Assembly: GCA_016207825.1 (NCBI GenBank) | Contig: JACQZI010000017.1 | Span: 15,478 to 79,477 of the forward strand | Source of the DNA: Planctomycetota bacterium | GTDB lineage: Bacteria > Planctomycetota > MHYJ01 > JACQXL01 > JACQZI01 | Length of the DNA stretch: 64,000 nucleotides | Direction: 5' to 3' | In this document: positions 8,090-17,801 of the stretch, piece after piece | Layout of the letters: every line of letters starts with the position of its first letter | Numbering within the stretch: position 1 is the stretch's first letter | Program-made: the position numbers and the translations under genes | Notes under the pieces: model-generated | What the model was told of the DNA's origin: nothing | Seen by the model: the letters and a program-made list of their open reading frames with translations, nothing else | The model's database searches: none

Positions 8090-9091
8090 ATGAAGAATAA
8101 AAAGACTTCCATCTCCAGGCGTGATTTCCTGAAGAACGCGCTCATTATCGGCGGGGCGGGCTTGATGGCGCCTTCGCTTTTCCCCATTCTTTCCCATGGA
8201 GAGGATGATAAGAAGAAAAAAGAGGATGAGAAAGAAGTTCCGATAGAGAAAATCTTGGCGATCTGCTCAACCGAATCCGATAAGACTAACCCCGGCGTAA
8301 TGGTAAAAGAAGCCTTGGCGCTTTTGGGCGGGATGAAGAAATTCGTCAAGAAAGGCGATGTCGTCCTGGTTAAGCCTAATATCGCCTGGGAAAGGAAACC
8401 GGAATTCGCCGCCACGACCAATCCGAAAGTGGTCGCCGCCGTTATCGAAGAAGCGCTGGCCGCCGGCGCCAAGAAGGTCAAAGTCTTTGACCGGACCTGC
8501 AACGATGCCCGGAGATGCTACAAAATCACGGAGATAGAAGAAGTTGCCAAGAAGGCAGGCGCGGAAGTATTTATCATAGAAAAAGACGCCAGCTTTTACC
8601 AGGAGGTTAAAATACCCAAAGGCAAGATATTAAAATCATGCGACGTGGTAAAAGAGGTTCTGGAAAGCAATGTTTTTATCAACGTGCCGATAGCCAAGCA
8701 CCACGGCATTTCGCGCTTAACGCTGGGGATAAAGAACCTGATGGGCGTGGTCGGCGGCAACCGCGGAGAACTGCATAAGGAAATCGGGACGAAACTGACG
8801 GATATACTTTCCGTAACAAAGCCGCACCTTAATATTATGGACGCCTTTAACGTCCTGGTGGCGCACGGGCCGATAGGAGGGGATTTAAAAGACGTGCGTT
8901 TCTGCGGAAAGATTATCGCCGGAGTGGATATCGTGGCGGTAGATTCCTACACCGCAGGCTTAAAGCCTTTCAGCGAAGGCTCCAAAAAAGAGCTTACTTG
9001 GGAAGATATCCCATACATAAAAGAAGCCGCTGAAAGAGGCCTGGGCGAAGCGGATATTACTAAACTGAAAATCCTTGAGAAAAAGGTTTAA
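8090..9091 (+). CDS. DUF362-domain protein with twin-arginine (Tat) signal
   Basis: SRRDFLKNALIIGGAG is a Tat motif. ATG 8090 has an AAAGGA RBS. DUF362 genes are typically paired with Fe-S proteins. Confidence 0.6.
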   Translation: MKNKKTSISRRDFLKNALIIGGAGLMAPSLFPILSHGEDDKKKKEDEKEVPIEKILAICSTESDKTNPGVMVKEALALLGGMKKFVKKGDVVLVKPNIAWERKPEFAATTNPKVVAAVIEEALAAGAKKVKVFDRTCNDARRCYKITEIEEVAKKAGAEVFIIEKDASFYQEVKIPKGKILKSCDVVKEVLESNVFINVPIAKHHGISRLTLGIKNLMGVVGGNRGELHKEIGTKLTDILSVTKPHLNIMDAFNVLVAHGPIGGDLKDVRFCGKIIAGVDIVAVDSYTAGLKPFSEGSKKELTWEDIPYIKEAAERGLGEADITKLKILEKKV

Positions 9092-9124
9092 TAAGCTGTT
9101 AAATAGCTGTCTTTCGAGCATTTC

Positions 9125-10582
9125 ATGATAATACTACGCCGTATCAGCCAGTTTATTTTCTTCAGCCTCTTTATTTATCTCATTTTCCGGACGGTCAGCC
9201 CGCTTGCCTCGTGGATACCGGTTAACCTATTCTTTACGAGCGACCCATTGGTAGCAATCGGAGCCGGAATAGCCGGAAGGGCTTTGGTAATCAAGTTTAT
9301 CGCGGCATTGGTTGTAATCATTATCACCGTTCTTTTAGGCCGGGTCTTTTGCGGATGGATATGCCCATTGGGCGCGACGATTGACTGGTTTGACAAAGTA
9401 TTCCTGTGGTGGCGCAAGAAGCGGATTGTTATGTGGCTGGGCTGGCGGAAGGTAAAATACGCGATACTCGTTATCTTATTAACGGGCGCGGTTTTCGGGG
9501 TGAATGCCATCGGCTGGCTCGACCCGATTTCGATTGCCTTTAAAGGATACGGGCTTTTCATATATTCGGCACTGGACTGGGCAGGAACCAAAGTAGGCCT
9601 GGACAGAACCACCGTTTCAAGCCTGATTGATATTGGCATTTTTGACCGCAATGAGGTGTTATTCAAATACTCAGCGGTATTCGCGATTACCCTGGCAGTT
9701 ATCTTATTATTAAGCATGCTTGAGAGACGCTTCTGGTGCAGGAACCTTTGCCCTTTGGGGGCATTGCTTGGATTGCTTTCCAAATGGCGGCTGGTGCGCA
9801 CGCATACGGGAGAGGATTGCAACGAGTGCAAGCTGTGCGTCCGCACCTGCAAGATGGGGGCGCGGAGTAAGGAATTAGAGGCGCTGGATGAAGAGTGCAT
9901 ACATTGTTACACCTGCGTTAACGGATGCCCGAAGGACCAATTGTTTATAAAGAAGGCGGCTAAAGTAAAAACGGTTTCTATCCTGCCTTCAAGAAGAGGA
10001 TTTTTGATAAGCGGGATGCTGGGGATATTATCGTTCCCGCTTCTTAAATACAGCCTTTTAAAGAAGAAGGAAGAAAATCCTGTATTACCGATACTGAGGC
10101 CGCCCGGAGCGAATCCGGATGAGGAAAAATTCCTCGTCAAATGCGTCCGTTGTGGAGAGTGCATGAAGGTTTGCCCTTATAACGCAATACAACCGTTGAT
10201 GTTCGAAGGCGGTATTTACGGGATGTTTTCCCCGGTCATTATTCCGATTATAGGCTACTGCGGTTATGAATGTAACTTATGCGGACAAGCCTGCCCGACC
10301 GGCGCTATTAAAAACATGCCGTTAGCTGAAAAGAAGAAATGGAAAATCGGCACGGCAAAAACATATGAGGATATCTGTATAAACTGCCTGGTTTGCGAGG
10401 AATATTGCCCGGTCCCGGATAAAGCAATTAAGAATATAGAAAAGGACGGGCTTCAGTATCCCTGGGTAATAGATGAAATGTGCATCGGATGCGGGACATG
10501 CGAGAATGTCTGCCCGGCGTCGCCCCAAAAGGCGATAAGGGTGTTTAGAGACGCCAATCCTCCATCCAATCCCGCAAAATAG
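9125..10582 (+). CDS. polyferredoxin-like integral membrane 4Fe-4S protein (NapH/MauN-like)
   Basis: Has an N-terminal TM segment and FCGWICPLG, plus multiple CxxCxxCxxxCP clusters. Confidence 0.65.
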   Translation: MIILRRISQFIFFSLFIYLIFRTVSPLASWIPVNLFFTSDPLVAIGAGIAGRALVIKFIAALVVIIITVLLGRVFCGWICPLGATIDWFDKVFLWWRKKRIVMWLGWRKVKYAILVILLTGAVFGVNAIGWLDPISIAFKGYGLFIYSALDWAGTKVGLDRTTVSSLIDIGIFDRNEVLFKYSAVFAITLAVILLLSMLERRFWCRNLCPLGALLGLLSKWRLVRTHTGEDCNECKLCVRTCKMGARSKELEALDEECIHCYTCVNGCPKDQLFIKKAAKVKTVSILPSRRGFLISGMLGILSFPLLKYSLLKKKEENPVLPILRPPGANPDEEKFLVKCVRCGECMKVCPYNAIQPLMFEGGIYGMFSPVIIPIIGYCGYECNLCGQACPTGAIKNMPLAEKKKWKIGTAKTYEDICINCLVCEEYCPVPDKAIKNIEKDGLQYPWVIDEMCIGCGTCENVCPASPQKAIRVFRDANPPSNPAK

Positions 10583-10717
10583 CGGCGTTTTACAGATGGG
10601 GTCGGGGCAACCAGAAATTATCGCTTCAGTTTTCATCCCCGGTCAACCGAAATAATATAGTAGTTCCGCGCTATCGCGCACACGGATTACAACTTACTTT
10701 ATAAAATACTGCTTATT

Positions 10718-11308
10718 ATGAAACAGGTATTTGAGAAGATTGTTTCCGAATATTTTAGCCGCCACAGGATATTATTCGGCATTGCCGGGGTGATTGTCAT
10801 CATATTAACCTTTTCCTTTATCATGGGAAGCGGACATCCCGTCGCTAAGGGCGAAGAGGTAAATATAGACCGGCAAGCCATGAAGAACTCCAGCGACTCG
10901 ATAGAATTAATAAACACCAGAAACCGTGTAAACACCGAGGGAAACGCCAAAATGATTACCGTAGAAAAGGCGTTGATTTGCGTTAACGTGGATGATATGT
11001 CTCCGGTCGGCGCGATACGCCAGATTCCGCCTGATATCGAACGCATTTTCTGCTGGGCAAGGGTATTGGAAGCGAAGGGCGAAAAAATCAGGTATCTGTG
11101 GTATTTCAACGGCACGGTGGTAACCAGCAACTGGCAGGTAATCCTAAGCGACCGTTTCATAACATGGTGCCCATACCGATTCAACACCAATGCAGGCGGT
11201 AAGGGGCACGTTGATATAGTCAACAGCCGCGGTAAAGTCTTAAAGCGTATTCAATTTGAGGTAATGGAAAAACAGGAGCCCACACGGGTGCGCCTGAAAC
11301 GTTCGTAA
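10718..11308 (+). CDS. hypothetical membrane-anchored protein
   Basis: N-terminal TM helix. I recognise no family. Confidence 0.4.
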   Translation: MKQVFEKIVSEYFSRHRILFGIAGVIVIILTFSFIMGSGHPVAKGEEVNIDRQAMKNSSDSIELINTRNRVNTEGNAKMITVEKALICVNVDDMSPVGAIRQIPPDIERIFCWARVLEAKGEKIRYLWYFNGTVVTSNWQVILSDRFITWCPYRFNTNAGGKGHVDIVNSRGKVLKRIQFEVMEKQEPTRVRLKRS

Positions 11309-11332
11309 GAAACTGCTATTTCCAATCCTGAA

Positions 11333-11677
11333 CTACTTCTTAGCAGCCGGCTTGTCTTTTGCGCCCGCTTTGGGAGCGGCGGCAGCCGGAGCAGCGCCTT
11401 TGGCCGGGACGGCACCTGCTTTAGCCGGAGCACCTGCGGCAGCAGGAGCGGCACCCGCAACAGGGACGGCGCCCGGAGCAGCGGCGGCAGCTTCTTCCTT
11501 CTTAGCAGCTTTCTTGGCTTTGGGCTTGATATTCTTTACTTTCATCAAACCGAAAACCGAATTGGCTTCTTTCCACTTGCCTTCTTTGCCTAAATAAGCC
11601 AGGCGTTCGGCCCGTGAAAGCACATTACGATGCCTTTTAAGTTTGCCTGATAATACCAGACTTTTGTGAATCGTCAT
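11333..11677 (-). CDS. small basic protein with Ala/Pro/Lys-rich histone H1-like tail
   Basis: A ~50-aa basic N-domain followed by a low-complexity AAPAKAG tail. This tail creates the GC-rich simple repeat at about 11380-11510. Confidence 0.45.
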   Translation of the reverse strand: MTIHKSLVLSGKLKRHRNVLSRAERLAYLGKEGKWKEANSVFGLMKVKNIKPKAKKAAKKEEAAAAAPGAVPVAGAAPAAAGAPAKAGAVPAKGAAPAAAAPKAGAKDKPAAKK

Positions 11678-11679
11678 TT

Positions 11680-12381
11680 TTACCTCCTAATCTGAACAAC
11701 TTCGCTTATGGAAAATACTCTGATATCGCGATTAGCGTTTTTTATGGATTTGAAAGCTTCTTCGGCCTCTGACCTTGAACCATACGGCCCTATATACACA
11801 CTGATTTGGGAAGAATCCCGGTGGTTCCGGTCAACCGAGGAATTTGTAATCTGCTTATTTTGTAAGAGCTTTAACATACGGTCGGCCGAATATTTGCCGA
11901 CGGTAGTATTATCGTAAGAAACCACTTCTATCATCCATTTTTGCTGAGTGGCGGCAGGAGCCGGAGCCGGGGCAGGTGCTGCCCTGACTGTATCCGCCGT
12001 AGACGTTTGCCCGTCTGTAACGGCAGGCTCAACCGTACCGGAAGAAGATGTGTCTTTTGAAGGGCTGCTTTCACGCCCCATAATAAACACAATCGCCAGT
12101 ATGATGATACCGATTAAAATGCCGAAAAAGACCGCATTATACGAAAGCTTAAACTCTTTATTTTGCGGGGATCCAGGCTTTTTTACAAAGGAACTTTTAA
12201 GCTTAGGATAAACCCTTTCCGGAATTGGGGTAAGCGTTACAAGAGGCACAACATTGGAATCTGAGCTTTTCGCCGTGCTGTCTTCTTTAACAGCATCTTC
12301 TTCTTTAAGCGAAGGTTTCCTGATATCAACGTTTCCCCTTTTTAAGACCTCGTATAATTCAGGAGCGCTCCTTTTTTTCAT
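11680..12381 (-). CDS. SPOR-domain cell-division/peptidoglycan-binding protein
   Basis: Single TM segment, a Pro/Ala-rich linker, and a C-terminal SPOR-like domain (WMIEVVSYDN...). Confidence 0.55.
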   Translation of the reverse strand: MKKRSAPELYEVLKRGNVDIRKPSLKEEDAVKEDSTAKSSDSNVVPLVTLTPIPERVYPKLKSSFVKKPGSPQNKEFKLSYNAVFFGILIGIIILAIVFIMGRESSPSKDTSSSGTVEPAVTDGQTSTADTVRAAPAPAPAPAATQQKWMIEVVSYDNTTVGKYSADRMLKLLQNKQITNSSVDRNHRDSSQISVYIGPYGSRSEAEEAFKSIKNANRDIRVFSISEVVQIRR

Positions 12382-12449
12382 AAGCCGTCATTCCTTTATT
12401 TTTGGACGGTAGACAATATAGCACAAAACTTGTTGAGTGTCAAAGTTTT

Positions 12450-13793
12450 CTATTCTAAACCGTATTTCTTTAATTTTTCCCAAAGGTTCTTCCGGCTGAT
12501 TTGGAGAATACCGGCCATTTCGGTTTTATTGCCCTTGGTAAACTCATTAAGGCGCTTAAGATAGGCCACTTCCGCCTGGTTAAGATATTCAACCAGGCTG
12601 ATAAACTGGTCAGGCATTTGGGGCGAATCCGACTCGGCAGGCTGCACCGGTTGAGGCTTTATAAGATGCTCCTTTTTCAAAACAAGGCTGTCGCCGGCCA
12701 GGGTCACGGCGCGTTCCACGGCGTTTTCCAGCTCCCGGACATTGCCCGGCCAATTATAGTTTTGCAAGGCAAAAAGGGTTTCAGGATCAACTTTATACTC
12801 TTTCCCCTTGCCGTACTTTTTTATGAAATGGTCCATCAAAAGCTGGATATCAGACTCTCTTTCACGCAAGGGCGGTATTTTTATATTGACGACATTCAAA
12901 CGATAATATAAATCCTCCCGGAAAGAGCCGTCCTTGACTTTTTTAAGGAGGTCATCCTTCGTCGCAACAAGGATTCTGATATCAACTTTTATGGTAGCCG
13001 TACCGCCGATACGCTCGAATTCGTGCTCCTGAAGCACGCGCAACAACTTGACTTGGGTACGTGGAGACATATCGTCGATATCATCGAGGAAAATGGTGCC
13101 TTTATCAGCCATTTCGAACCGGCCGATTTTCTGTGATTTGGCATCGGTAAAAGCGCCTTTTTCGTGCCCGAACAGTTCCGCTTCTATCAGGTTTTCCGGG
13201 AATACTGCACAGCTTATTTTCACCAACGGCGCGTCTTTTCTCAGGCTTTGGGTATGGATGGCTTCGGCAACCAGTTCCTTGCCGGTTCCGCTTTCCCCCT
13301 GGATCAAGACGCTTGCATCGCTTTTGGCAACGCTTTCAATCAACTGAAAAACCTCCTTCATTTTATGGCTTTTGCCGACCAGGTTTTCGTAATGCTGTTT
13401 TTCCTCTTTGAGCTTCAGGTATTCCTGGCGGATTTTATTCTGCTGCCTGATACGTTCCAGAATCAGGAGGACTTTTTCATTATAGAAAGGCTTTTCGAGA
13501 TAATCATAAGCCCCGCTTTTGAGGGCAACTATGGCGGAATCAACCGTGCCGAACCCGGTAATGATAATGATGGGCAAATCAGGCTTGGCAACGGTGGTTT
13601 TCTGCAAGATTGTCATCCCGTCCACGCCAGGCAGTTTAATATCCAAAAGGACGCAATCAAAGTCCTGCTGGGAAAGCAACTCCAGAGCGCGATTGCCGTC
13701 CGGTGCAACGGTAAGGTCATAACCTTTTTCTTTTATGGCATCGCCTAATGTTACGCGGATACCTTTGTCATCTTCGGCTAAAAGCACTCTCAT
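12450..13793 (-). CDS. sigma-54-dependent response regulator (NtrC family)
   Basis: A receiver domain (LLAEDD...D), an AAA+ sigma-54 interaction domain (GESGTGKELVAEAIH) and a C-terminal HTH. Confidence 0.85.
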   Translation of the reverse strand: MRVLLAEDDKGIRVTLGDAIKEKGYDLTVAPDGNRALELLSQQDFDCVLLDIKLPGVDGMTILQKTTVAKPDLPIIIITGFGTVDSAIVALKSGAYDYLEKPFYNEKVLLILERIRQQNKIRQEYLKLKEEKQHYENLVGKSHKMKEVFQLIESVAKSDASVLIQGESGTGKELVAEAIHTQSLRKDAPLVKISCAVFPENLIEAELFGHEKGAFTDAKSQKIGRFEMADKGTIFLDDIDDMSPRTQVKLLRVLQEHEFERIGGTATIKVDIRILVATKDDLLKKVKDGSFREDLYYRLNVVNIKIPPLRERESDIQLLMDHFIKKYGKGKEYKVDPETLFALQNYNWPGNVRELENAVERAVTLAGDSLVLKKEHLIKPQPVQPAESDSPQMPDQFISLVEYLNQAEVAYLKRLNEFTKGNKTEMAGILQISRKNLWEKLKKYGLE

Positions 13794-13919
13794 GTTATGC
13801 TCGGTGTTATTAATAAGATGTCAAATGCGAGCCGGATGGGATGGAATTATCGGCAATTCCGGAAACACCTTGCCCATACCGGGTTCTCAAGTAAAGGAAT
13901 GACCGTTATATATATAAAC

Positions 13920-14690
13920 CTATTTTCTTATTTTTTCGTCCGTCGCTTCAGGAGCTTCTTTCGATTCAACGGGCATAAAACCTATGACAACCCGCCTGTT
14001 TTCGGCTTTTTTCTCACTCTTGGGTTGGTGTTCGCCGAAGCTGCATAGGAACATCTTCGCCGGATCAATGCCTTGTTCCTGGAAATACAAAAGCACCTTT
14101 AATGCCCTATAAGCACCTAACTCAAAATTAGAACGGGTTTTCCACTCCCCTGCGGATTTATCAATCGGGTCTGTATCCGTATGGCCGTCTACGCGAATGA
14201 TATAATCAGGATGCTGTTTGAATACTTCGGCAACACGGCCAAGTATTTCCTTGCCGCTTTCTTTAAGTGTAACCTTACCAGAATCAAAAAGGACTTCCCC
14301 TTGAATTTCAATTCCACCCGGGGTTATTTCAATGCCTTCGATTCCTCTTAGTTTGCTGCCAATTCCTTCAAGTAATCTTGCCCGGGCCATCTGTTCAGCT
14401 TTCCATTTTTTTGTTAAAGCAGCGTTTTCGCCTTTAGCGATCCCTAGCTCCTGGCTAAGGTCGTAATTCTTCTTTTCAATATCTTCCTTAGCATCTTTCA
14501 AGGCATTGCGCTGGTTATTTAAAGCTTCTATCTCGGCGCGATATTTATTTTCCATCTTCTTGTATTTTCCCAAGGAAACGCATCCGCCGGCAATCCAGAC
14601 CATTCCTACAATCAACATAATAACAACCACCATCCTCACTGATTTTGCCATACCCTGGCCTCCTTTCTTATATTTTAATATCTTATTCAC
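13920..14690 (-). CDS. OmpA/MotB-family peptidoglycan-associated protein with coiled coil
   Basis: N-terminal TM segment, coiled coil, and a C-terminal OmpA-like domain (IRVDGHTDTDPI, NRRVVIG). Confidence 0.7.
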   Translation of the reverse strand: MNKILKYKKGGQGMAKSVRMVVVIMLIVGMVWIAGGCVSLGKYKKMENKYRAEIEALNNQRNALKDAKEDIEKKNYDLSQELGIAKGENAALTKKWKAEQMARARLLEGIGSKLRGIEGIEITPGGIEIQGEVLFDSGKVTLKESGKEILGRVAEVFKQHPDYIIRVDGHTDTDPIDKSAGEWKTRSNFELGAYRALKVLLYFQEQGIDPAKMFLCSFGEHQPKSEKKAENRRVVIGFMPVESKEAPEATDEKIRK

Positions 14691-15610
14691 GGTTTATAAT
14701 TCTTCATATCAATGGGCGTCCCGGACTCATCTTTAATTCCAAAAAGATCAATCACTATTTGGCCTAAGTCCCGGGTAACCCCAACGGGCAAATCCGTCCT
14801 GCCGGATGATATGCTTATTATATCGCCCAAAAACGACCCGACAAACATCAAAAAAACGAAAGAGAGCACTAATATTATTACAAAAGCCGGATGAACCTTT
14901 GGCCTTACTGTCGGCGCATCAACCGCAGGGGCGTAACGCCTGGAAGGCCGGAGCGCGGCGGCTGAAGGAGGTGGAGGCGGCGCTTTAAACTCGACCGGTT
15001 TTTCCGCAACGGTTTCGGCAAATTCCTCCGCAATCGTGGCTTGTTCGTCCTCCACTGTTTCTTCGATAAACGTTCCTTCAGTATCCTTTAAGGGAGCGGT
15101 AACGTTACTGCTTTCATCGCCTTCAAGGCTGATTTTTTCGTCTTCAAGCGATGGAATTGTTATATCAGTATCACCGAAAGGAAGCTCTTCTGTAATACTG
15201 GAAGTATCTTCTTCCAGAAATGTTTCTTCCTTACCGCTGCCAGCTTTAAGAAGGTCGTCAGGAGGCAAAATCACGGTAGGCTCAGTAATTTTACCCTTTT
15301 TTATGCTGTCAATATCTTCTTTTTTGAAGTGGACCCTATCGGCTTCTTTGAACGCCTGGATTTCACCTTCGGAAACCATCCGGTTAAGCTCATCCTCGCT
15401 CAACTTCAGCTCGTCAAGGACATCATCAAAAGAATAAAATTTACCTTTGCGGAAACTTTCAATATCTTCCTTACGGAATTTAATCTGGTCATCCTGGCGA
15501 AATGCCCGTAAATCGCCTTCTGAAACTATTTTCTTCAGGTCTTCCTCGTTTAATTTCAGCTCTTTAAGGACGTCGTCAAACGAATAAAACTCTTCTTTTT
15601 CCGGAGTCAT
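14687..15610 (-). CDS. hypothetical membrane protein with two tandem excisionase-type HTH-like repeats
   Basis: Two ~45-aa repeats (FYSFDDVL.ELKL.E.EL...VSEG...AF) resemble HTH_17/excisionase-type helices. Has a Pro-rich region and a C-terminal TM segment. Confidence 0.4.
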   Translation of the reverse strand: MTPEKEEFYSFDDVLKELKLNEEDLKKIVSEGDLRAFRQDDQIKFRKEDIESFRKGKFYSFDDVLDELKLSEDELNRMVSEGEIQAFKEADRVHFKKEDIDSIKKGKITEPTVILPPDDLLKAGSGKEETFLEEDTSSITEELPFGDTDITIPSLEDEKISLEGDESSNVTAPLKDTEGTFIEETVEDEQATIAEEFAETVAEKPVEFKAPPPPPSAAALRPSRRYAPAVDAPTVRPKVHPAFVIILVLSFVFLMFVGSFLGDIISISSGRTDLPVGVTRDLGQIVIDLFGIKDESGTPIDMKNYKP

Positions 15611-15613
15611 AAT

Positions 15614-16054
15614 TTATTTTTCGTTCTTCAGCAATTCGTCAATCTGCCTTTGCAATTCTTTTTCAATTCTCTTATATCCCTGTCTTATTTCAAGAGGAGA
15701 ATCGCCTTTTGACATCTGGAATCCAAAATAACCATTCGGGATATCTAAATCGAAAGAAATATCCCTAAAAGCCTTTAGTTTTATAGTGCTGTCACCGGCA
15801 AATTCATAAATCAAAAGATTAGAGTTTTTCGCATCGACCAGCCACAAAATAGTTGCCTGCGTTTTCACTGTATTAGTTGTCAGTGCGATAAACCCATCAC
15901 TGGCCCCATTAGCCGAATTAGCGGGGTCTACGGCATAAAGAGGCTGAAGGGGAAGCTTCGCCAAGGCTAGAACGATAATTATCCCGATAAGGATTCCAAT
16001 CAATACGTATAAGCCCTTATTATGCATATACTTCTCCTTTCTAATAAGATGCAT
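15614..16054 (-). CDS. hypothetical membrane-anchored protein
   Basis: An ORF with an N-terminal TM segment. It lies in an operon with the OmpA-like gene. Confidence 0.35.
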   Translation of the reverse strand: MHLIRKEKYMHNKGLYVLIGILIGIIIVLALAKLPLQPLYAVDPANSANGASDGFIALTTNTVKTQATILWLVDAKNSNLLIYEFAGDSTIKLKAFRDISFDLDIPNGYFGFQMSKGDSPLEIRQGYKRIEKELQRQIDELLKNEK

Positions 16055-16167
16055 TGATGATGGTAATAAAATACATCTTTATTAAAATAATTTCAAGTAT
16101 TTTCTGGTTTTCCCTTATTTTATTTGCCCTTTAAAAAGGAACTCCGGTTATTTCTCAAAAAGTATCT

Positions 16168-17427
16168 TTAAATGCTACAGACTTTGTTTCTGCCTGTTTG
16201 TTTTGCCTGATACAACGACTTGTCTGCCCGGCTGATAAGATGGGCAACATCTTCCATATGGTCATTGTATTCACTGACACCGAGGCTGATGGTAACTTCA
16301 ATTTTAGAACCTTCTTGTATTATTATTCTATAACTTTCCACTTTTTTACGCACCCGTTCGGCAGCTTGTATAGCTCCTTTGAGATCTGTATTCGGTAAAA
16401 TAATGGCAATTTCTTCACCGCCATAACGATAAGCTGACGATGTTTTCCGGAGATTTTTCTCTATCAGCTTGGTTATCTCACGTAAAACAAGATCGCCAAC
16501 AGGGTGTCCGTAGGTATCATTTACTGACTTAAAATGATCTATATCTATCATAAGCAAAGAAAAAGGAGTTTTATGCCTGCGGCTTAACTCAAAGTAGGTT
16601 TGTATTTGAGCGAAAAAATGCCGCTTACTAAATAATCCGGTAAGAGAATCCGTGATGGTACGGCTGTAAAGAGTAGGTGTTTTAATGGCCAAAGAAATTA
16701 TCTTGGCAAATTCCATAAGGTTTATCTGGATTTGCCCGACTTTTCTTGTGCGTTCCTCGGCATCGCCTTCCAATATGGTTTTAACCTTAACTACACCGAC
16801 AGCCTCTCGGTCAGCTACTAAAGGCAGGCTAAAATCAAATTCATCCCCTGTTACGGAAAGGAACAGCCTTTGATGCTCAAAAGACTCTTTGACATTTTTG
16901 TTATTGACATTCTGGCGGTTTAATTCTTTTTCAAAATAAGTAACCCCTTTTTCCCTTTTAGCAACAGGGATTAATTTATCATCTCGCCCTGATTTCAAGA
17001 AAACAGTAACCGCATCGGTTTCCCCATATGAACTGCTTAATTGGGTGATAATTTCCATAGATTTAGTAAGGATTATCTCAAATTCAACATCCTCGTTAAG
17101 GATTAAGCTGATTTCCCGCGTGGCAGATAAAAGGTCTATCTTTGCTTGAAAACCATGGTTTTGCTTTATTAAATCAGCATTGTTTTTTTCAACTGATTTT
17201 ATTTTATCCGATGCATCCTTATTTTTGATATTAGAAATAGCCAGGAGAACCAGTAAAATCATGCTATATACCGCGGTAAGCCCGGCAAATGCGGTTAATA
17301 AAGGAGGAAATGTACCGGAAAAACGAGGAGTCTGATATTCAGGGGAAAAATGATATACCGCCGCTAGGACAAGAGTGATAAGAGGAATCAAACATATTAA
17401 AAATATAACGATAATTCTAGAATACAT
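16168..17427 (-). CDS. diguanylate cyclase (GGDEF/GGEEI) with N-terminal membrane/sensor region
   Basis: RYGGEEIAIIL is the active-site motif, in a C-terminal GGDEF domain. Confidence 0.75.
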   Translation of the reverse strand: MYSRIIVIFLICLIPLITLVLAAVYHFSPEYQTPRFSGTFPPLLTAFAGLTAVYSMILLVLLAISNIKNKDASDKIKSVEKNNADLIKQNHGFQAKIDLLSATREISLILNEDVEFEIILTKSMEIITQLSSSYGETDAVTVFLKSGRDDKLIPVAKREKGVTYFEKELNRQNVNNKNVKESFEHQRLFLSVTGDEFDFSLPLVADREAVGVVKVKTILEGDAEERTRKVGQIQINLMEFAKIISLAIKTPTLYSRTITDSLTGLFSKRHFFAQIQTYFELSRRHKTPFSLLMIDIDHFKSVNDTYGHPVGDLVLREITKLIEKNLRKTSSAYRYGGEEIAIILPNTDLKGAIQAAERVRKKVESYRIIIQEGSKIEVTISLGVSEYNDHMEDVAHLISRADKSLYQAKQTGRNKVCSI

Positions 17428-17454
17428 AGTTTATACAATAAGTAAGCGAAAAGT

Positions 17455-17778
17455 TTAATCACTTATTGTTATTTTATTTTTTATTTTATTAAGAATGCCC
17501 TCGCTAAGCCCTTTTACCTCCAATAAATTAGTTAATTCAGTAAAACCGCCTTTTCCCACACGCATATTTTCTATTTCCCCGGCGATACCCGGCCCAATCC
17601 GCGGCAATAATTCGAGAACATCCCGCCCGGCTTTATTTATATTAATCAAAAAGTATTTTTGGGGTAAATCAAAATAAAACGGAGGAATAGGTTTTCGATA
17701 ATATCGAACTGCGTAAACCGTTGAAAGAACAATCGCCGCCGATAAAACCAATACAACTTCATGAATTCTGCTATACAT
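17455..17778 (-). CDS. ComEA-like helix-hairpin-helix DNA-binding protein
   Basis: N-terminal TM segment plus an HhH motif (DINKAGRDVLELLPRIGPGIAGEI). Confidence 0.65.
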   Translation of the reverse strand: MYSRIHEVVLVLSAAIVLSTVYAVRYYRKPIPPFYFDLPQKYFLININKAGRDVLELLPRIGPGIAGEIENMRVGKGGFTELTNLLEVKGLSEGILNKIKNKITISD

Positions 17779-17801
17779 AAAAACGCTTTTTGTTTGCCTT
17801 G

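Noticed and set aside
11352-11597. Plus-strand ORF rich in Ala/Gly/Pro opposite the small basic protein gene
   Set aside because: It is the mirror image of the GC-rich low-complexity AKP tail of the minus-strand gene. The minus-strand product has a coherent N-terminal domain and context.
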